Assembly (NCBI GenBank): GCA_012295275.1
Contig: CM022669.1
Coordinates: 17,856,001-17,920,000, forward strand
Reading direction: 5' to 3'
Origin: Chrysomallon squamiferum
Lineage: Eukaryota; Animalia; Mollusca
Length of the DNA: 64,000 nt
Shown: piece after piece, positions 57,101 through 64,000 of the stretch
Numbering within the stretch: the first letter of the stretch is position 1
How the letters are laid out: every line of letters begins with the position of its first letter
Notes under the pieces: generated by a model
What the model was told of the DNA's origin: nothing
Database searches by the model: none
What the model saw: the letters and a program-made list of their open reading frames with translations, nothing else
Program-made: the position numbers and the translations under genes

Positions 57101-59656
57101 TTATCTCTTCATTGAAAAACTTTACTTTGATATACGAACATGTTTTGATATGTCTGTACAGGGTTAAACAGAGTTTGTGAAAATACTATTTTACTGAAGG
57201 GAGATTCTGAAAATGATAGCAGTTGTGGAGAGAAATTCCACACATCTGACATCTGATGCTTTAATTACCTTCTTCCATCAACATAGTTTTGAATTTTATC
57301 AGGACAGCTATCTGTAGAACTGTTTATCTACGAAATATGTTGTCGCATTTAGTTTACTCTGCTTCCAGCCTATTAACCCAGCTTCTAAATAGCTTTTATC
57401 TCTCCTCCCAGACTCAGAACAGTTCTAACCAGACTTTTTAACACACTAAACTACTTCTAAGTCTCTATTTATACATGCAAAGATAAAAGAAAGGGCAAAA
57501 AAGTGAAAGAATTATCATAGTTGTTGAAAAGATTTAAATAAAAAGGTTACAGACAGAAAATGGAGATACTATGGGACTATAATAAAATCGACAAACAGTA
57601 TATAATTTAAAAATAAATAAATATAATTATGAAAAAACAAAACATTAATGTATTTTCCAGAATTGAAATAAAAATGAAAAGTAAAAGTTTTTTCTGTTGT
57701 AAAAAATGGTGATAGTTTGAGAATGTAATTGAATCCACAAATAATAAAAAGTTTAAAAAAAAAAAAAATTAAATTATAATAATAAAAAAATATATTAATA
57801 TATTTCCAGATTTGAATAAAAATGAAAGTAAAAGGGTTACAGAGAAAATAGAAATAATATATGAATATTAATAAATATATAGACAATAACAAAAGAAATA
57901 AATTAAATAAAAACTGTCTGATAGAAACTGAAAACAAAAAAGAAGAAACAGTTAAAAATAGCTGAAGAAAGAAAATGAAACAAAGGATAATAGAAAAAAG
58001 AGAAACTGTGTGAGTACAATTAAAAATGTGAAGAGATGTCAATTAATAGTTTAACCTTCCTTTGTTTGAAAAAAAACAAAGAAAATAAATGAACATGAAA
58101 AAAATGGAAAAAATCTTAACTTAATTAAAAATTTCAACATAAATAAAGTGTAAAAAGGGTGAATACATTAAAAAAAGAAAAAAAAAGAAGAAAAAACAAC
58201 AATAAAGTTAAATTAAAAAAAATTAAAATAAATAAAAAGTTAAACTTAGTATACTAACAGAAACTGGAAACACAATACAAAGTATATAGAATTAAAAATG
58301 TATATATGTGCTAAAATAATTTTAAAAAAAATCAAAAATTAAAGATTACTGATACAAAATGCAGATTCCATAAGAATGTAATTACAGAATATCTGTCATT
58401 ATGTTTACACAAAAACCTTGAGGACTAGAAGTATGATATATGCTATATAGATTTTGGGTGTTATGTTCCACAACATGGAGATTATTTTCAGATTATTTGT
58501 CAAAACTTAAGATTTAAAATGGATGCCATCTCAGGCACTAAACGTCACCAGAACTGATATTTAATATGTTTGTACCTGCACTTGAAGTTTAAAAAGCTGC
58601 CTTGCTATCTATATGTGAACTATGTGTTTGTAAACAAGTTTTAATACATGGTATATCTGATACCAGCAGTGGGGTAAATAATTTTAAGTATATAGTTTTT
58701 ATGACTAAATTTAAACAGAAGTCACTTTGACATAGTTTTTTTTTTTTTTTTTGTTTAGTTAAAAAACTTAAACTAAAGTACACACATACATATTTAAATG
58801 CACACATACAAACTTATATTTACATACAAAAATAAACTTATGTACATACACACACACACACACACACACACCACAAAAAGACACTCATGCACACACAATT
58901 AAATGCACACACAATTAAACACACACACACACACACTTACACACTTACACACTTACACACACACACACAAACACACACAAAAGCATTTCACAATTACAAA
59001 CACTTGTGTACTCACATAAAAATACACTCATAAAAATCACAAACACATACTGGAAATATCTAATAAGCTGTTCATATCCTAATTTCTGTCTCATGTTCAA
59101 AGCATTTATTATTTAAAGGTAATTAATAGCAACCATTAGCATATATATCATTAAAATCTTGACACTTATTAAAGCATGTAGTCAGTACTAGTGTTTAAAT
59201 ATTTATTATCTAGATAATACTGATTTGACATATTTTTTCTAAGAATTCAACAGTATCAGTAGCATGGTGCCTCAGGTAGTGGTTTTTTTAAACATTTGTT
59301 TAAAGAAAAAAATAAATACTTTGAATACTAATAGTAATTAATAACTTTAAATTAAATAAATAAAAAATTAATGTGGTAAATAAACAAACAGATAATTATG
59401 ATAAGAGAAAATAGTTTAATAATTAATTATTATAATAATAGTAAATACATTATTTTTAATTGATTATAATTAATAGATAATTAATAATTAATTAATAAAA
59501 GTAATAATTTAAAATAAAGTCAGTATGTGTAAATAATTTAACTTTTATAAAAAATAATAACAGTTGTATTAATATATATATTAAACATTAAACTATAATA
59601 TTAATAAATACTGTAAAAGTAGTAAGAACAACAAGAAGAGCAACTGCACTATTAAA

Positions 59657-59810
59657 AATAATAATAACAACATTAACAACAATAAATGCAATGTTTTAAT
59701 TCACTTTAAAATGTAATAGTTCTAAAGAGTTTGTTGTTCTAATAATAATAACAGTAACAACAATAAATGCAATGTTTTAATTCACTTTAAAATGCAATAA
59801 TTCTAAAAAT
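59657..59810. repeat. ~78-bp tandem duplication followed by (AAT)n
   Basis: taacaacaataaatgcaatgttttaattcactttaaaatg occurs twice. Confidence 0.85.
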
Positions 59811-59819
59811 TCTGTTTGT

Positions 59820-59860
<41 letters not shown>

Positions 59861-59972
59861 TAATAATAATGCAAAATCATAATATGTCTAAAACAGTTCT
59901 AAAATGATCATTGTTATAACAATAATAATAATAATAACAATAATAACAAGAGTGACAACAACAATGTACTCA

Positions 59973-60224
<252 letters not shown>

Positions 60225-60485
60225 TTATACATTTTCATTTTGCCTAAATACGACAACTGAAATATCTTGAATGAATGAACATTTTAATGGTTATTATGAT
60301 TTATAATCTTAGGTATATATCTAAAAATTAAAATAAATTGAGATTAAAAGTATTGAAAAGATAAGCAATTACCTCAAAATTTGGGATCCGGAGTTTTTTT
60401 TTTATTTTATAAAAGGAAGGATGGATGGATAGACAGATATTTGTATTTTGAAAAATGTTGTCAAGAAGCATTTGTTTATGAGTCT

Positions 60486-60521
<36 letters not shown>

Positions 60522-63500
60522 TTCCAATATTACTTTAAAAATACACTTATTTTTGGGTGAGGATTATTATTATTTTTTATTTTTTTTTATTTTTATTACT
60601 GATACACGGAATAAACTCATGCTAATAAAAAAAAAAAAAACATGTGGAGTGTGTATTTCCTAATTATTTTGTTTTCATTCAGAGAACACAACAGATGTTC
60701 CTGTTGCTAACTGTATCTCAGCATGCACTAATTAGGCTTAACCGCATGACACAATGTGTAATGAAAAAATACATTGAGTTTTAGATGAATTAAACCATGT
60801 CAAAATAAACTTTAACTCGTTTTATATATAATTTTATATTAGTTTCATTTTTCAAAATTAGTATGTAATAATCAAAAAATTACTACTATTCTAGCATATG
60901 TTAATATACTACTAGTATGTGTTAGTTAACTACTAGTATATTTTATTCAATAGAATTACTGTTATGGCAAAATCTCTTTTTCAGTTTTATGTTTTTGTCT
61001 ATGTTTTTGTTTTACTTATCAAAATTTAGACTGCAAAAATATATATATATTTTTTTCTTCTTTTGAACTATCACTATTTGTATACTTCTATTTTAAATAT
61101 TTTTGTATGTTTCTGTTCAACTTTTAATATGTCATTTTGCATTTACTAGTATATATATATTAAGTCCTTTCTTATACCTGTCTTTCACGTCTCTGTATAT
61201 TTCAATCTTTCTGCCTTTCTCATAAAGTCTGTCAAGTCTATAGATTTTAATAATTTGTATCTGTTTGTCTATCTGTCAGTCTATTTGACTGTCACTCCAT
61301 AAATATGACTGTCTCTGTTTAATATTTATTTCTGGTGTATTTTATTTACATATTCAGAAAAATCTTATTAACAGAAAGAGAATAAAAATGAGAATAAAAG
61401 GGGAAAAAAGGAAAGAATATAGAGACAGGAGGAAGGACTAGAAAAAAAAAAAAAACATGAGAAATACTGTCAAAAATATTTACAACCTATTAAATTACAA
61501 TAGGTTATTTATAACTGTAGTTAGTAGAGGCATCTTTAAAACTGTTTGTATTAAATTACATTGGACTATTTCTCACTGCAGTCAGTCAAAAATATTTGAT
61601 GACTGATGTATTAATTACCATACCTTTTTTTTTAATCAATCAGGAAGTGAATGATTTAAAACTATTCCTTATTCTAAATGTTAGTATCAGATAAGAGGCG
61701 TTAGCACAGGTTTCATCTGTCCAACTACATTTCAAAATTATGACCTAATAACAATTAATATAAAAAAAAAATTTAGTGTCACCAAATAAACATTAATTGA
61801 TTCAGTCATAACATTATTAATATAATAGTTAAAGAACTTATAGAACTTAATTCATTTATTTAATGAATTACTAAAACAGTCAACACATATAATTAAAAAA
61901 AATTTTATTAATCAGTTTTTGAAACTAATGCAAATAGGTTGTAATTAATCTTTTTGATTTTATTATTTCTAAAAGAACACTTAATTAAATGTTATTGAGT
62001 TGATTTCCTACCCTCTCTCTAAACAGATATATTAAAAAAAAAAAAAAATTAAAAAATTAAAAAGAACAACACTTATCTATCTATCATACTGAGAGTACTT
62101 CTAACATTACAAATACAAATGATTTCTCTGACATTCAGTCTGAGCTATACGTGACTTAATGATCTAAACTCAAAATCTAAGTCAGAACATTCTGTAAGTA
62201 AAAGTCACGAGGCTTAAGAGCAGATTATCAGATAAATGTCAAGTTAAGAGTGAGGGGAACTGCTCGCTCTTAATGATTGCTTCTGAATCTTTTATTAGCA
62301 CTGTGTTTGCTGGCAGCTCTGTTTAATGAAATTCTATCACATGGACATTACCGAGCAGAATGGCATGCATGTGTGTAATTTAATAAAATATGTAATGTGA
62401 GTATATGCATGTATGTGTGTATGAATGCATGTGTGTATATATTTATATATGTGTGTGTGTGTGTTAAGATTTGTAATAACGTGCCTATACGAATGTTCTT
62501 ATGTGTATGTTTATATCTGTAATAACATTCACAAAATAAGAATACTTGAACATAATTTAAATATTAATAAAAATTTTAAAATACATGTAGAAGTGAAAAA
62601 CAAATGTTTTATGCACATGGCAGTAACACATACTAACATGCATGACTGTACAACAGATTACCACTATTTCACACAAACACATATTCAGTTTCCTCTACTT
62701 TTAACCAGCATACAAACATTCACATGCACCAAAAATTATCAAATATATTTACACAAGACTACAGAGGACAAATAATCAAAAATCAATATATTAATATGAC
62801 AAAACTTATACAACTCACACACACAATACACACTACACACACCAAACACCCCCACCCACAATACACACACATACACTATAATGCTCAAAACAGAAAAACT
62901 TGCTAATGAATTAATATATAATCATCACTGAATAACTACAGCATGCTATCCGACAAATATTAATAACACATTTAGACATTTTAAATGCTACAGCTGTCAT
63001 ACAAGTTGGTGTTAAAACATTTTTTTCTGCCATGCAAAAATCTTTTTCATTAAATCATTAAAACAGATTCAGTGAAAAAAAAAAAAAAAAAAAATTGTTT
63101 AAAATTATGAAGCTATAAGTTAGCATCTAGGAAAGATTATTAATTTATAAAAATCTGGAATTGATTAAATGCATAAAGAATACTGTGTGATCATATGAAA
63201 ATCATTCACATACACGGTATGTCATGAAATGCATGTGCAAACTTGTATATTAATATACAAATATATTATATTTAGTATCTCGTATGGAAATATTAATTTT
63301 AAATGAATACTTTAAATTTACTAACCAATTTCCTGCTACTAATTAATCATAATTCACAAGTTTTATGTGAAAATTAAGTTCCTTACTGAACCAAATGTTC
63401 ATTCTCACACCTGTTTTTTTTTTTTTTTTATATACCTTTTTCTTTCATAACACTGCTAAAAATAAATATCCAGAAATAACAAATTATGAGATAACATGAC

Positions 63501-64000
63501 CCAGCTGCAGAAACAATTTTCCAAATTTTATCGATCTAAAAAATGTTTTTTTTAAAAATCCAAAAAATATTAATTTGAAAATGCAAAACCAAAAAAAAAA
63601 AAAAAGAAAAGAAAATGGTTAGAAAGTTCATTTTCAAAGGGATTTTCAAAACAAGACGAGTTTTGTCTGTGGGAACTATTGCAATCCTGTGAAGGATTTT
63701 AAACTGGTATTGGAAATATGGTAAAGTAACCAACAGAAATTAGGCAGTATTGCACAGGATGTTTACTCATGAAATTGGCGAGATGAATAAATCCACTTGA
63801 TTCAACAAATGTTCAGTATACAAGTGAAAGCTCTGTCAGGGCAGTTCATAAGCTTACAAGAGAGGTGGTGTTGCTCCATTTTCAATATTTGCTAAAATTA
63901 TAGAAAACTGAAGATTTTACATGATGTAATGTAGGGTTGCTGTTGTTTTCTTACATATAAAACAGATGATTTTTCTAGGAATTCCACATCTAATTTTCTA

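Noticed and set aside
57569-58042. 157-aa hydrophobic ORF resembling a membrane or mitochondrial protein
   Set aside because: It is an F/I/Y/L-biased translation of an A-rich tract containing a degenerate internal duplication, with no conserved motifs.

Overview
AT-rich, microsatellite-dense animal genomic DNA. It is probably a mollusc or other lophotrochozoan, inferred only from composition and degenerate SINE-like remnants. The whole window lies inside one minus-strand intron-rich gene, a death-associated protein kinase (DAPK1/DAPK) orthologue. I reconstructed 11 consecutive GT-AG exons with consistent phases: 60192-59974, 48495-48357, 47950-47827, 47373-47298, 44736-44584, 43492-43447, 43178-43089, 42205-42101, 3455-3336, 1522-1424 and 990-891. 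They encode the kinase domain with the DAPK basic loop, the Ca2+/calmodulin autoregulatory segment and the first ankyrin repeats. The first coding exon and the remaining ankyrin/ROC-COR/death-domain exons appear to lie outside the window. Three things stand out. (1) The ~38.6 kb intron between the kinase-CaM module and the ankyrin module holds several CpG-retaining islands with ATG-initiated ORFs ending at phase-0 donors. These are candidate alternative first exons for kinase-less DAPK isoforms, and two of them start M-x-T-C-I-R with synonymous codon differences. (2) The last visible ankyrin exon has one extra base and an in-frame TAA. (3) The PEF/Y signature reads AEF. Almost all other ORFs in the supplied track are low-complexity artefacts. 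No prokaryotic systems, CRISPR arrays, rRNA or intact tRNA genes were seen.
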